64,000 bases of DNA from the NCBI GenBank assembly GCA_963725475.1, contig CAVRYR010000006.1, positions 329,450 through 393,449 of the forward strand, in the 5' to 3' direction. This DNA comes from an uncultured Solirubrobacterales bacterium. GTDB taxonomy: Bacteria > Actinomycetota > Thermoleophilia > Solirubrobacterales > 70-9. Numbering within the stretch: position 1 is the first letter of the stretch; the number at the start of each line of letters is the position of its first letter. The notes below the pieces were generated by a model. That model was not told the DNA's origin, did no database searches, and saw nothing but the letters and a program-made list of their open reading frames with translations. Of the stretch, positions 37,871 to 47,589 are shown piece by piece. A program made the position numbers and the translations under genes.

Positions 37871-37904
37871 CCTTCTCCCCCTCCCCCCCTTGCCAATCCC
37901 CACT

Positions 37905-37922
37905 CCCCCCCCCCCCCCCCCC
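37905..37922. repeat. C18 homopolymer inside a C-rich (G-rich on minus strand) tract, 37866-37930
   Basis: Read directly: ...cccccttctccccctcccccccttgccaatccccact-c(18)-ggcaatccc. It lies 67 nt upstream of the pduO-type gene start. Confidence 0.9.
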
Positions 37923-37988
37923 GGCAATCCCGCGAACAGCACCTTACCGCTTCAATCGAGCCTCCTCGTCTCTGGATATCGTCGTCCC

Positions 37989-38561
37989 ATGGTGAAGATC
38001 TACACGCGCAAGGGCGACGACGGCACGACCAGCCTCTGGTACGGCGGCCGCGTGGCCAAGACCGACGCCCGCACCGAGGCCTACGGCTCGATCGATGAGG
38101 CCAACTCCGCCCTCGGCGCCGCCCGGGCCCTCAGCAAGGCCGACGCCAGCACCGAGCTGCACGCGTCCATCCTCGCGCTGCAGCGCGATCTGTTCGTGGC
38201 GGGCGCCGAACTGGCCACGGCGCCGGATGCGGCGGACCGGCTGGAGGACGGGGTCAGCCGCATCACCAGCGAGATGGTGGACCGGCTGGAGGGCGAGATC
38301 GACCGCTACATGGGCCAGGTCGACCTGCCGCCCCACTTCGTCATCCCGGGGGGCACCCAGGTCTCCGCCGCGCTGGATCTGGCGCGGGCCATGATCCGCC
38401 GCGCCGAGCGCCGCGTCGTCGAGCTGCGCGACTCGGAGGGCCTCGCATCCGACACGGTCCTCCGCTACCTGAACCGGGCCTCCGACCTCGCCTTCGCGCT
38501 GGCCCGCTTCGCAGACGAGGACAAGCCAGAGATGTTCGAGGGAAGGGAGGGAAGCCGATGA
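37989..38561 (+). CDS. PduO-type ATP:cob(I)alamin adenosyltransferase
   Basis: MVKIYTRKGDDGTTSLWYGGRVAKTDARTEAYGSIDEANSALG...FVIPGG, 190 aa. Confidence 0.85.
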   Translation: MVKIYTRKGDDGTTSLWYGGRVAKTDARTEAYGSIDEANSALGAARALSKADASTELHASILALQRDLFVAGAELATAPDAADRLEDGVSRITSEMVDRLEGEIDRYMGQVDLPPHFVIPGGTQVSAALDLARAMIRRAERRVVELRDSEGLASDTVLRYLNRASDLAFALARFADEDKPEMFEGREGSR

Positions 38562-38962
38562 AGCACGCGGTCGCGCGTCGCAGGAAGGGTTACGAGCACG
38601 AGGTCGAGATCCGCGAGCATCGACTGATCACCGACGAGGCCGAGGACAAGGGAGGCGGCGACCAGGGCCCGACGCCAACCGAGCTGCTGGCGGCATCACT
38701 TGCGAGCTGCACCGCGATCACGATCGAGATGTACGCGGACCGCAAGGGCTGGGAGCTCGGCGAGGTCGCGGTCACGGTCGACTTCACCGAGGCCACCGCA
38801 GACACCCCGGCGAAGTTCAAGGTGGACATCCAGTCCCCCGCCCAGCTCACCGACGAGCAGCGGGAGCGGATCCTGACGATCGCCCACAAGTGCCCGGTCC
38901 ACAGAGCCCTGATGGGCGCCGACGTCGCAATCGACGACTCGCTCGAGCTGATCGAGGCCTAA
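38558..38962 (+). CDS. OsmC/Ohr-family protein
   Basis: ATGA overlap. GPTPTELLAASLASCTAIT...IAHKCPVHRAL. Confidence 0.8.
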   Translation: MKHAVARRRKGYEHEVEIREHRLITDEAEDKGGGDQGPTPTELLAASLASCTAITIEMYADRKGWELGEVAVTVDFTEATADTPAKFKVDIQSPAQLTDEQRERILTIAHKCPVHRALMGADVAIDDSLELIEA

Positions 38963-38965
38963 CCC

Positions 38966-39779
38966 GTGGACCTTGGCTTGAGCGGCCGCGCCTGCGTGGT
39001 GACCGGGGCAAGCCGCGGCCTCGGCCGCGCCGCCGCGCGGATGCTGTGCGCCGAGGGCGCCGACGTGCTGTTGGTGGCCCGCTCCGAGGACCGTCTGATC
39101 GAGGCCGCCGACGAATGCGCGTCCGCCGGCGAGGCCGCGGGCGGTCGGGCTGAGTCGATGGCGATCGACATCACCGCAACCAGAAGCAGCCGACCGGATC
39201 GTGCGCGAGGCGGACGAGCGTCTCGGCCAGCTCGACGTCCTGGTCAACAACGCCGGGACCGCGCGCCGGCGCGACCTCGACGAGGTCCCAGACGAGGACT
39301 GGTATGCCGCGTGGGAGCTGAACGTGATGTCACCCATGCGGCTGATGCGGGCGGCGGCTCCGTCGATGGGCGAACGCGGCTGGGGCCGGATCGTCAACGT
39401 CTCCAGCTCGTCGGGCAAGCGGCCGTCCGCAGCGACGCCCGAGTACTCGGTGGCCAAGGCCGCCGAGCTCTCCCTGTCGCGCCTCTACGCGGACCGATAC
39501 GCCGGACGGGGGGTGCTGATCAACGCGATCTGCCCCGGCGCGGCCAAGACCGAGCTCTGGACCGAGGAGGGCGGCCTGCTCGATCAGGTGATGGAGATGG
39601 AGGGGCTGTCGAGCAGGGAAGAGGCCCTCGAGGCTGCTGCGGCCGGCCGCCCGATCGGCCGGATCGCCGAGACCGAGGAGATCGCCGGGGCGATCGTATT
39701 CCTCTGCTCCGAGCAGGCGTCATACACATCCGGGGCCGCGTGGAGCGTCGATGGCGGAGTCGTCCAGATCATCATCTGA
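38966..39779 (+). pseudogene. SDR-family oxidoreductase (FabG-like), frameshift near 39177
   Basis: CVVTGASRGLGRAAA...AIDIT, then the next frame has PEAADRIVREADERLGQLDVLVNNAG...NVSSSSG...YSVAKAAEL...PGAAKT. Confidence 0.8.
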
Positions 39780-40320
39780 GCTGCGGGAGCTGCTGCTCGA
39801 CCCGGAGGAGGCGGAGAGCCTCGATGCCCACGGTCGCACCGAGGCCGCCGTCCTGGTCCCAATGCACGGCTGGCCGGACAACCCGGGCCTGGTCTTCACC
39901 GAGCGGCGCTCGGACCTGCGCCGGCACGCCGGGGAGATCTCGTTCCCCGGCGGGCGGCGGGACGAGGGTGAGGATCTGCTCGAGACCGCCCTGCGCGAGG
40001 CCGAGGAGGAGATCGGCCTCTCCCGGGACAACGTCGAGATGGTCGGCGCGCTTCCGCCGATCGGCACCTTCGTCACCAACTACAAGGTCCACCCCTTCGT
40101 CGGCCTGATCGAGCATGGGCTCCGGTTCGAGCCGAATCCCTCCGAGGTGGAGAGCGTGCTTGTCGCCTCGCTCGACGACCTGGTCGCCGGCTACGACCGG
40201 CGCCGCCTGGTGCGCCGAGGGGTCCCGATCAAGACGGACACTTACCTGATCTCGGACAAGCTGATCTGGGGCGCCACGGCGCGGATCCTCGGGCTGCTGC
40301 TCGAGCGGCTCGACGCATGA
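39751..40320 (+). CDS. Nudix hydrolase, CoA pyrophosphatase-like
   Basis: Nudix box GGRRDEGEDLLETALREAEEEIGL preceded by RHAGEISFPGG. Confidence 0.75.
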   Translation: MAESSRSSSELRELLLDPEEAESLDAHGRTEAAVLVPMHGWPDNPGLVFTERRSDLRRHAGEISFPGGRRDEGEDLLETALREAEEEIGLSRDNVEMVGALPPIGTFVTNYKVHPFVGLIEHGLRFEPNPSEVESVLVASLDDLVAGYDRRRLVRRGVPIKTDTYLISDKLIWGATARILGLLLERLDA

Positions 40321-40375
40321 CCGCCTGACTCGGCGCGACCGATTAGTTTCCGGGCCCGGAGGCGTCTATACCGAC

Positions 40376-41018
40376 ATGAGCAAGGTGAGAGTCCACATCT
40401 CGGTCTCGCTGGACGGCTACGTGGCCGGCCCCAACCAGAGCGAGGAGAACCCGCTCGGCGAGGGCGGCGAGCAGCTCCACGACTGGGTGGTCGAGCTGCG
40501 GGCGTGGCGCGAGCCGCACGGCAGGGAGGGCGGCGAGGAGAACGCCAGCACCGCCGTCGTCGCGGAGGCGAACGCCAACGTCGGCGCGGAGATCATGGGG
40601 CGCGGCAAGTTCGGGCCTCCCGGGGGTGGCCCCTGGGGCGACGATCCCTGGCCGGGTTGGTGGGGCGAGGAACCTCCCTTCCACAAGCCGGTCTTCGTGG
40701 TCACCCACCACGAGCGCGAGCCGCTGACCCTCTCCGATACGACCTTCACCTTCGTCACCGACGGGATCGAGTCGGCCCTCGACCAGGCGAGGGATGCCGC
40801 CGACGGCAAGGACGTCTTCATCGGGGGCGGCGCTCGAGATCATCAACGAGTACCTCGCGGCGGGCGTGGTCGACGAGGTCGAGCTGCACGTCGTCCCGCT
40901 CCTGCTCGGCTCCGGATCACGCCTGTTCGAGGGCGTCGGACCCGACCTGAGGCTTGAACAGCTCCGCGCGGTCGAGGCACCCGGGGTAGCGCACCTCAAG
41001 TACCGCGTCGTGAAGTGA
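40376..41018 (+). pseudogene. dihydrofolate reductase-family (RibD C-terminal domain) protein, frameshift near 40832
   Basis: MSKVRVHISVSLDGYVAGPN...GRGKFG...VFVVTHH...DVFIGGGA, then the next frame has EIINEYLAAGVVDEVELHVVPLLLGSGSRLFEG. Confidence 0.75.
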
Positions 41019-41119
41019 GGGACGGCCGGCCGCCTGTGCCCGGCCGGCCGTCCCGTCACTGGTCGTATACGGCTATCGGCGCGTCCCTCCAGGAGCGGCG
41101 GTATGGTGGCCCACTGGGT

Positions 41120-41611
41120 ATGGCGCAGCGGCGCAAAGCGGGGGCTTCGGGCTCGAAGAGGCGCATCCGCGGGACGGCGCCGAGCGCGGCTGAGATCACG
41201 AAGCTCGAGCTGATGGAGCCCTCAGAGGAGGCGAAATCCCATCGGCCCTCCACCGTCGACGCGATGGGGCAGGACAAGCGCCGCCAGGTGGTCGGCCACT
41301 CCTATGGGCCGTCGAAGCGCAGCCAGCTCATGTTCTTCGTCGCCGTCGGCGTCGTCGTGGTCGTGGTCGTCGGCGGCTGGCTCACCCTGGTCGGCCTCTT
41401 CGACAAGCCCCCGACCCACTTCACGGACAAGGCGCCGTGGTCGACCAGGCCGGCGAGCGCTCAGGTCGCTCTCGAGCAGGCCGCCAAGCCGGTGTCGCCC
41501 GCGACCCCATGCGGGGAGCCCGGCAACGAGTACCCGACCCCGCCCAACAGCCCCTGCGCGCCGCCCAACAAGGCGAACGCCTTCCAGGGCACCTCAGCCG
41601 GCGGCAAGTAG
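41120..41611 (+). CDS. hypothetical membrane-anchored protein
   Basis: Basic N-terminus, one TM helix (LMFFVAVGVVVVVVVGGWLTLVGLF), Pro-rich tail with 2 Cys. No motif recognised. Confidence 0.4.
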   Translation: MAQRRKAGASGSKRRIRGTAPSAAEITKLELMEPSEEAKSHRPSTVDAMGQDKRRQVVGHSYGPSKRSQLMFFVAVGVVVVVVVGGWLTLVGLFDKPPTHFTDKAPWSTRPASAQVALEQAAKPVSPATPCGEPGNEYPTPPNSPCAPPNKANAFQGTSAGGK

Positions 41612-42085
41612 GTCCCCGACCAGATCGGCGGCGTCCGCGGCCCACCGGGGCGCGGACCGGTCCTTCGTGAGCAGCGCGACCGGTATCCGCCACCTCTCCC
41701 CCGCCCGCTCGACGATCTCGCGCCCGGCATCGAGTGGCGCGCGCCCCGCCGGGCCGACCGCCTCGTAGGCGAACCCGCGGACCGGGGTGTCCACCAGCTT
41801 CTCGAGCAGGCGCTCCAGCCGCGGCCCATGGATCGCCTCGAGGGCCTCCGGATCGCCGGCCGCCGACCCGAGCAGCCAGACGACGATGCCCAGGTCCGCG
41901 CAGAGCTCCAGCACCGTCCCGGGCCGGTCGGGATCGGCGAGCGCGGCATCAAAGCCGTCCGCCTCGATCGCCGCGAGCCCGGCCGGCTCCCGCCTGGTCC
42001 CGCGCACATGCCAACCCCGGGCCGCCAGCTCGCCGCCGAGCTCTCGGCCGCGGCAGCCGCAGCCCACGATCAGAGCTCGGGCCAC
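41594..42085 (-). CDS. hypothetical Rossmann-like protein
   Basis: MARALIVGCGCRGRELGGELAARGWHVRGT (GxGxxG-like). 163 aa. Confidence 0.4.
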   Translation of the reverse strand: MARALIVGCGCRGRELGGELAARGWHVRGTRREPAGLAAIEADGFDAALADPDRPGTVLELCADLGIVVWLLGSAAGDPEALEAIHGPRLERLLEKLVDTPVRGFAYEAVGPAGRAPLDAGREIVERAGERWRIPVALLTKDRSAPRWAADAADLVGDLLAAG

Positions 42086-42088
42086 CGG

Positions 42089-42406
42089 CTATTCGTCGTC
42101 GTCTAGGCCCCCGCCCTGCGCGAAGGGGCCCCGTCCCCGGGCGCGGGCGGCCTGGTCCTCGATCGCCTGCCGCTGGACGTCCACCTCGGTGATCTCCTTC
42201 GCTCCGCGCTTCCGCCGCAGCGCGTTCTGGGCCTCGATCATCTGCCTGACGTCGTCGACCTCGTTCTGGGCCTCGACCTCGGGCGATCGGGTTGGCTTCC
42301 AATCGATGATGTCCGCGACGCTGTTGCGCTCGAAGGCGCGCGCGAGCGCGACCATGATCAGGAAGAGCAGGACGAGAAGCCCGAGAGTTAGGGCGATGAA
42401 GGCCAT
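42089..42406 (-). CDS. hypothetical N-terminally anchored protein
   Basis: TM helix [22 protein letters not shown] followed by a charged helical region. 105 aa. Confidence 0.4.
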   Translation of the reverse strand: MAFIALTLGLLVLLFLIMVALARAFERNSVADIIDWKPTRSPEVEAQNEVDDVRQMIEAQNALRRKRGAKEITEVDVQRQAIEDQAARARGRGPFAQGGGLDDDE

Positions 42407-42436
42407 CTCCCAGGACTGAGGCTACAGTGCTCGGCC

Positions 42437-43642
42437 GTGGCAGAGGCATTGATCATCGACGCGCTGCGGACCCCGATGGGCGGCTACCGCGGCTCGCTGT
42501 CCGGGATCAGGCCCGATGACCTCGCGGCGCACGTAGTCGGTGCCGCCGTCGAGCGGACCGGCGTCGATCCCGCCAGGATCGATGACGTCTACATGGGGGC
42601 CGCCAACCAGGCCGGCGAGGACAATCGCGACGTCGCCCGGATGGCGGCGCTGCTCGCCGGACTGCCCGTCGACGTGCCCGGCGTCACCGTCAACCGGCTC
42701 TGCGCCTCGGGGCTCGAGGCGGTTAACCAGGCCTCCCGCGCCCTGCGGCTGGGCGAGGGAGAGCTCTACCTCGCGGGAGGCGTAGAGTCGATGAGCCGGG
42801 CGCCCTGGGTGCTGCCGAAGCCGGAGTCCGGCCTGCCCCGCGGCGAGCAGACGATGTACGACACCACCCTTGGCTGGCGGATGATCAACCCGCGCATGGC
42901 CGAGCGCTACTCGACCGAATCCATGGGCGAGACCGGCGAGAACGTTGCCGAGCGCTACGAGATCTCGCGGGAGGAGCAGGACCGCTTCGCCCTGCAGAGC
43001 CACCAGCGCGCGGTCGCGGCCCAGAAGGAGGGTCGCTTCGACGAGCAGATCGTGCCGATCGAGATCCCGCCGAAGAGCAAGCGCGATGAGCCACGGACGA
43101 TGACGGTCGACGAGGGCCCGCGCGGGGACACCTCGATGGAGAAGCTCGCCAAACTCAAGCCCGCCTTTCGCGAGGGCGGGACGGTGACGGCCGGCAACTC
43201 CTCCACGCTGAACGATGGCGCCGCCTGCCTGGTGCTCGGCACCGAGGAGGCTGCCAAGCAGCTCGGCCGGGACCCCCTTGCCCGCGTGGTGGCGATCGGG
43301 GTCGCCGGCGTCGACCCTGCCTATATGGGGATTGGGCCGATGGTCGCGATCCCGAAGGCACTCGAGCGGGCCGAGCTCGAGCTCGACAAGATCGACCTGA
43401 TCGAGCTCAACGAGGCCTTCGCCTCGCAGGTGCTCGCCTGCGCCGAGGGCCTGGGCATCGACGAGGAGCGCCTCAACGTGAACGGCGGCGCAATTGCCCT
43501 CGGCCACCCGCTCGGCTGCTCCGGCGCCCGCCTGATGACCAGCCTGGTTTGGGAGCTGCGCCGGCGGGGCGCCCGCTACGGCATCGCGACGCTCTGCGTC
43601 GGCGTCGGCCAGGGGGTGGCCACGGTGGTCGAAACCCTCTAG
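42437..43642 (+). CDS. acetyl-CoA C-acyltransferase (thiolase)
   Basis: [11 protein letters not shown] (active Cys), [35 protein letters not shown]. Confidence 0.95.
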   Translation: MAEALIIDALRTPMGGYRGSLSGIRPDDLAAHVVGAAVERTGVDPARIDDVYMGAANQAGEDNRDVARMAALLAGLPVDVPGVTVNRLCASGLEAVNQASRALRLGEGELYLAGGVESMSRAPWVLPKPESGLPRGEQTMYDTTLGWRMINPRMAERYSTESMGETGENVAERYEISREEQDRFALQSHQRAVAAQKEGRFDEQIVPIEIPPKSKRDEPRTMTVDEGPRGDTSMEKLAKLKPAFREGGTVTAGNSSTLNDGAACLVLGTEEAAKQLGRDPLARVVAIGVAGVDPAYMGIGPMVAIPKALERAELELDKIDLIELNEAFASQVLACAEGLGIDEERLNVNGGAIALGHPLGCSGARLMTSLVWELRRRGARYGIATLCVGVGQGVATVVETL

Positions 43643-43793
43643 ACGCAGCCGCTAGTCGGTGTACTCGACCGAGCTGAGGACCAGGTTGCCGAGGTTGAGG
43701 TCCGTCTGACAGGCCGGATTGCCGACTACCACCTCGGCCCGTCGGATGCGCCGCCGACCTTGCGCCTCGGCGCTCCGATAGCCTCGCTGCCTG

Positions 43794-44601
43794 ATGCCCG
43801 CACCCGAGCTGACCAGCGTCGACGGCCGGATCGTGCCCAGGGCCGAGGCGCTGGTGCCCGCAGCCGACGACGGCCTGCTGCGCGGAGACGGGGTCTTCGA
43901 GGTGATCCGCCTCTATAAGGGAAGGCCCTTCGCGCTGGCCGAGCACCTGGACCGCCTCGAGCGCTCCGCGGCGGCGATCGATCTGCCGCTCGACCGCGCT
44001 TCGTTCGAGGCCGAGATCGAGGCGCTGCTGGACGAAGTTCGGGGACGAGGACGGCCAGCTCAGGCTGGTCGCGACGCGTGGCGGCCGGCGCCTCGCGTTC
44101 ACGGAGATCCTCCCCCCGTACGCCGCCAGGGAGACGGTCAGTCTGATCACCGTGACCTACGCGCCCAGCGTGATCCTGAACGGCGTGAAGTCACTGTCCT
44201 ATGCGGCGAACATGAAGGCGATTCGGCTCGCGGAGTCGCGGGGCGCCGATGACACGGTCATGGTCCGGCCCGACGGCATCGTGCTCGAGGCGCCGACCTC
44301 GACCGTCTTCTGGGCCAGGGACGGCGTCCTCCGCACGCCCGCCCTCGACGTCGGCATCCTCGCCTCGATCACGCGCGATCGGATCGTTCGCGAGCTCGAC
44401 GTCGAGCAGGGCGAGTACCCGCTCGACGACCTGCTCTCGGCGGACGAGGCCTTCCTTGCCTCGACCGTGCGCGAGGTCCAGGCGGTCGCCGCGGTCAATG
44501 AGACAGAGATGCCAGACTGTCCCGGCGGGCGGACCCGCGAGGCGGACGAGGCATTCGCCGCGATCCTCGACCGCGAGCTCGCCGCCTCACCCTCGAGTTG
44601 A
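43794..44601 (+). pseudogene. class IV aminotransferase (BCAT/ADC-lyase fold), frameshift near 44040
   Basis: DDGLLRGDGVFEVIRLYKGRPFALAEHLDRLERSA...LLDEV, then the next frame has DGQLRLVATRGGRR...VKSLSYAANMKAIRLAESRGADD...EAPTSTVFW...GILASITR. Confidence 0.8.
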
Positions 44602-44616
44602 ACCTGAGCAAGGCCC

Positions 44617-45792
44617 TTGGACTTCCAGCTGACCGACGAACAGCGCCTGATCTCCGAGAGCGCGCGTGAGTTCTGCGACAAGGAGATCGCGCCGCGGGTC
44701 CGCGAGAACGACAGGGCGGGGCGCTTCGATCGCGAGCTCGCCTCGATGCTCGGCGAGATCGGGTACCTCGGCGCCCCGGTGTCCGAGGAGTACGGCGGCC
44801 GCAGCCTCGACTATCTGAGCTACGCCCTGATCGTCGAGCAGGTCGGCCGGGTGGACTCGTCCGCCCGAACCGTCGTCTCGGTGCAGACCTCACTGGTCGC
44901 CGGCTCAATCGAGAAGTGGGGAAGCGAGGAGCAGAAGCGCGAGTGGCTCCCCCGCCTCTGCTCCGGGGAAGCGCTCGGCTGCTTCGGCCTGACGGAGCCG
45001 GACGCCGGCTCGGACCCGGCCAGCATGCGCACCCGCGCCACCAAGACCGATTCCGGCTGGAAGATCTCCGGCAACAAGATGTGGATCTCGATGGGGAGCG
45101 TCGCCGAGCTCGCCCTGATCTTCGCCCAGACCGATCCGGAGAAGAAGCATCACGGCCTGGCGTGCTTCCTGGTTCCCACCTCCACCGACGGATACAGCGC
45201 CCAGGAGATTCACGGCAAGCTCGGGCTGCGCTCCTCCGACACAGCGGAGATCTCGCTCGACGACGTCGAAGTCCCGGACGACGCTCTGCTCGGCGAGGTC
45301 GGCGACGGCTTCAAGATCGCGATGAGCTCGCTCGACAACGGCCGCTACAGCGTGGCCGCCGGCTGCGTCGGGATCTGCGACGGCTGCGTCGATGCGTCCG
45401 TCGCCTACGCCAAGGAGCGCCGGCAGTTCGGGGTGCCGATCGCAAGCTTCCAGCTCGTGCAGGAGCTGATCGCGGACATGATCGTGAAGCGGGACGCGGC
45501 CCGGATGCTCGTCTACCGCGCCGGCGATCTCAAGGACCGGGGCGTGCGCAACACCGTCGAGACCTCAATCGCCAAGTACTACGCGACCGAGGCGGCGGTC
45601 GAGTGCGCAAACGCCGCCATCCAGGTGCACGGCGGCTCGGGCTACGTCGACGACTACCCGGTGGAGCGCTACCTGCGGGACGCCCGGGTCACCACCCTGT
45701 ACGAGGGCACGTCCCAGATCCACAAGCTGATCATCGGCCGGGACGCCACGGGAATCAACGCGATGGTGCCTTCGACGAGCGACGGCTCCTGA
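44617..45792 (+). CDS. acyl-CoA dehydrogenase
   Basis: 391 aa, TTG start. GCFGLTEPDAGSD, WISMGS, QFGVPIASFQLVQ, YEGTSQIHKLIIGR. Confidence 0.95.
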   Translation: MDFQLTDEQRLISESAREFCDKEIAPRVRENDRAGRFDRELASMLGEIGYLGAPVSEEYGGRSLDYLSYALIVEQVGRVDSSARTVVSVQTSLVAGSIEKWGSEEQKREWLPRLCSGEALGCFGLTEPDAGSDPASMRTRATKTDSGWKISGNKMWISMGSVAELALIFAQTDPEKKHHGLACFLVPTSTDGYSAQEIHGKLGLRSSDTAEISLDDVEVPDDALLGEVGDGFKIAMSSLDNGRYSVAAGCVGICDGCVDASVAYAKERRQFGVPIASFQLVQELIADMIVKRDAARMLVYRAGDLKDRGVRNTVETSIAKYYATEAAVECANAAIQVHGGSGYVDDYPVERYLRDARVTTLYEGTSQIHKLIIGRDATGINAMVPSTSDGS

Positions 45793-45812
45793 GGCCGAGC
45801 GGGGGGCCGGCC

Positions 45813-46235
45813 TTGGCGAACGTCTTCGAGCCCGACTTCGAGCCGGCCGACGCGAATGACGTGCCCGGGTTCGTCAACCGGCGCGCCAGGGTCGGCAGGC
45901 AGGCCGGCACCCAGGCGATCATCGTGCTCAGCGGCCGGCCGAGCATCCGCACGCCCGAGGGCTGGCGCGAGCTGGAGCCCGGCGAGCTGGCCCCATTTCC
46001 GCGAGGACCGGAGGGCGCGCACCAGGTCGCCAACCGCGGGGACGAGCGGTCGCGCGTCCTGATGCTGAGCGAGCTCAACGGCCCCGAGGTGGTCGTCTAC
46101 CCGGACTCGGGGAAGACCGGCGTCCTCACCCACCCGCCAGGGGTCGCAGCGACTGAGGATGATGTCGACGGCGTGTTCAAGGTCAACAACGACGTCGACT
46201 CCTGGCTGGACGAGCGGCCGCCCGAGGACGGATGA
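45813..46235 (+). CDS. cupin-family protein with apparent internal deletion of metal motif 1
   Basis: TTG start, (M)ANVFEPDFE...RRARVGRQAGTQ directly joined to AIIVLSGRPSIRTPEG...FPRGPEGAHQVANRGDERSRVLMLS. The expected G.s.yel.PG...yH.H...EE segment is missing. Confidence 0.55.
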   Translation: MANVFEPDFEPADANDVPGFVNRRARVGRQAGTQAIIVLSGRPSIRTPEGWRELEPGELAPFPRGPEGAHQVANRGDERSRVLMLSELNGPEVVVYPDSGKTGVLTHPPGVAATEDDVDGVFKVNNDVDSWLDERPPEDG

Positions 46236-47425
46236 CGGTCGAGCGGGTGGGGGTCGTCGGCGCCGGGACGATGGGCGCCGGGATCGCGCAGATCGCAGCC
46301 CTCGGCGGCTACCGCACGGCGGTCTACGAGCTTGACTCGAGGGCGCTCGAGCGTGGGATGGAGCAGCTTCGCGGCGCGCTGCGGCGCGGCGCCGAGCGGG
46401 GCCGCTGGAGCGAGCAGGATGCGATCGACGCCCTGGGGCGGATCGAGACCGACACGATCATCGAGGCGCTGCGCGACTGCGAGCTGGTGATCGAGGCCGC
46501 GCCCGAGGATCTGGACCTGAAGCGCAACCTGTTCGAGCGGCTCGCCTCGGTCTGCGGCCCCGAGGCGGTGCTCGCCACCAACACGTCCTCACTCTCGGTG
46601 ACCGCGATCGCCACCGCCATCCCCGGACCCGGGCGAATCGTCGGCATGCACTTCTTCAACCCGCCTGCGCTGATGCAGCTGGTCGAGGTCGTCGCGGGCG
46701 ACGAGAGCGACGACCCGGCTCTGGAGCTGACCGCCGAGGTCGCGCGCGGCATGGGCCGCACGCCCATCCGCGCCCGGGACTCGGTCGGCTTCGTCGCCAA
46801 CCGCTGTGTCAGGCCCTTCTTCCTCGAGTCGCTCCGGATGCTGGCGGAGGGAATCGCCCCGCACGACGAGATCGACCGGATCGTCCGCCTCGGCGCCGGC
46901 CTGCGGATGGGTCCGTTCGAGCTCATGGACCTGATCGGCATCGACGTCAACTTCGCGGTGGCGAAGTCGTTCTGGGAGCAGTCCTTCGGCGAGCCGCGCT
47001 GGCGGCCGAGCCCGGTTCACGAGCGGATGGTCGCCTCGGGCCGCCTCGGGCGAAAGGCCGGCCGAGGCTTCTACCTCTACGAGAAGGACACCCCCTACCG
47101 GCCGCGCGACCCCGACGTACTGGGCGAGCGCCCCATATTCGACGAGGAGAGACTGGAGGAGCTCGCCGGGCAGAGCGCGCCCCTCGTCCTCACCCGGCTC
47201 GGCGCGACGATCGCGAACGAGGCCTGCTTCGCCCTCGGCGAGCGGGTCGCCTCGGCCGATGACATCAACACGGCGATGCGCCTTGGCTACAACTGGCCGA
47301 TCGGCCCGCTCGAGTGGGGCGAACGGCTGGGCTGGAGCCGAGCCCTCGGGGTGCTGGAGGAGCTGCGCGAGCTGCAGGGCGAGGCCTACCGGCCGGCGCC
47401 CGCCCTGCGCGGGTTCGCGTCCTGA
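46232..47425 (+). CDS. 3-hydroxyacyl-CoA dehydrogenase
   Basis: VGVVGAGTMGAGIAQ, NTSSLSV, HFFNPP. Duplicated C-terminal dimerisation domain. ATGA overlap with the cupin gene. Confidence 0.9.
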   Translation: MTVERVGVVGAGTMGAGIAQIAALGGYRTAVYELDSRALERGMEQLRGALRRGAERGRWSEQDAIDALGRIETDTIIEALRDCELVIEAAPEDLDLKRNLFERLASVCGPEAVLATNTSSLSVTAIATAIPGPGRIVGMHFFNPPALMQLVEVVAGDESDDPALELTAEVARGMGRTPIRARDSVGFVANRCVRPFFLESLRMLAEGIAPHDEIDRIVRLGAGLRMGPFELMDLIGIDVNFAVAKSFWEQSFGEPRWRPSPVHERMVASGRLGRKAGRGFYLYEKDTPYRPRDPDVLGERPIFDEERLEELAGQSAPLVLTRLGATIANEACFALGERVASADDINTAMRLGYNWPIGPLEWGERLGWSRALGVLEELRELQGEAYRPAPALRGFAS

Positions 47426-47438
47426 CGAGGCGCCACCA

Positions 47439-47585
47439 TCACCTCCGCCCCCCGCTCGGGACGTTGGTGATCGTGCTTCTCACCGAGTGTTCGGCCTCAT
47501 CGCCGACCGGCTGGATCCGGCGCCGTGCGACCAGCTCCCTGAGCACAACGGCCATCTCGAACTCGGCGAAGGACGCCCCAGACAG
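47439..47585 (-). pseudogene. possible C-terminal stub of a cytochrome P450
   Basis: GASFAEFEMAVVLRELVARRRIQPVGDEAEHSVRSTITNVPSGG resembles the P450 segment after the heme Cys loop (C.G..fA..E....L..L........). The Cys loop itself is absent. Confidence 0.3.
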
Positions 47586-47589
47586 CGTG

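Noticed and set aside
37791-37988. Cobalamin riboswitch upstream of the PduO-type adenosyltransferase.
   Set aside because: I could not find a B12-box-like consensus or the conserved paired regions. The region is dominated by C runs instead. A covariance-model scan would be needed for certainty.
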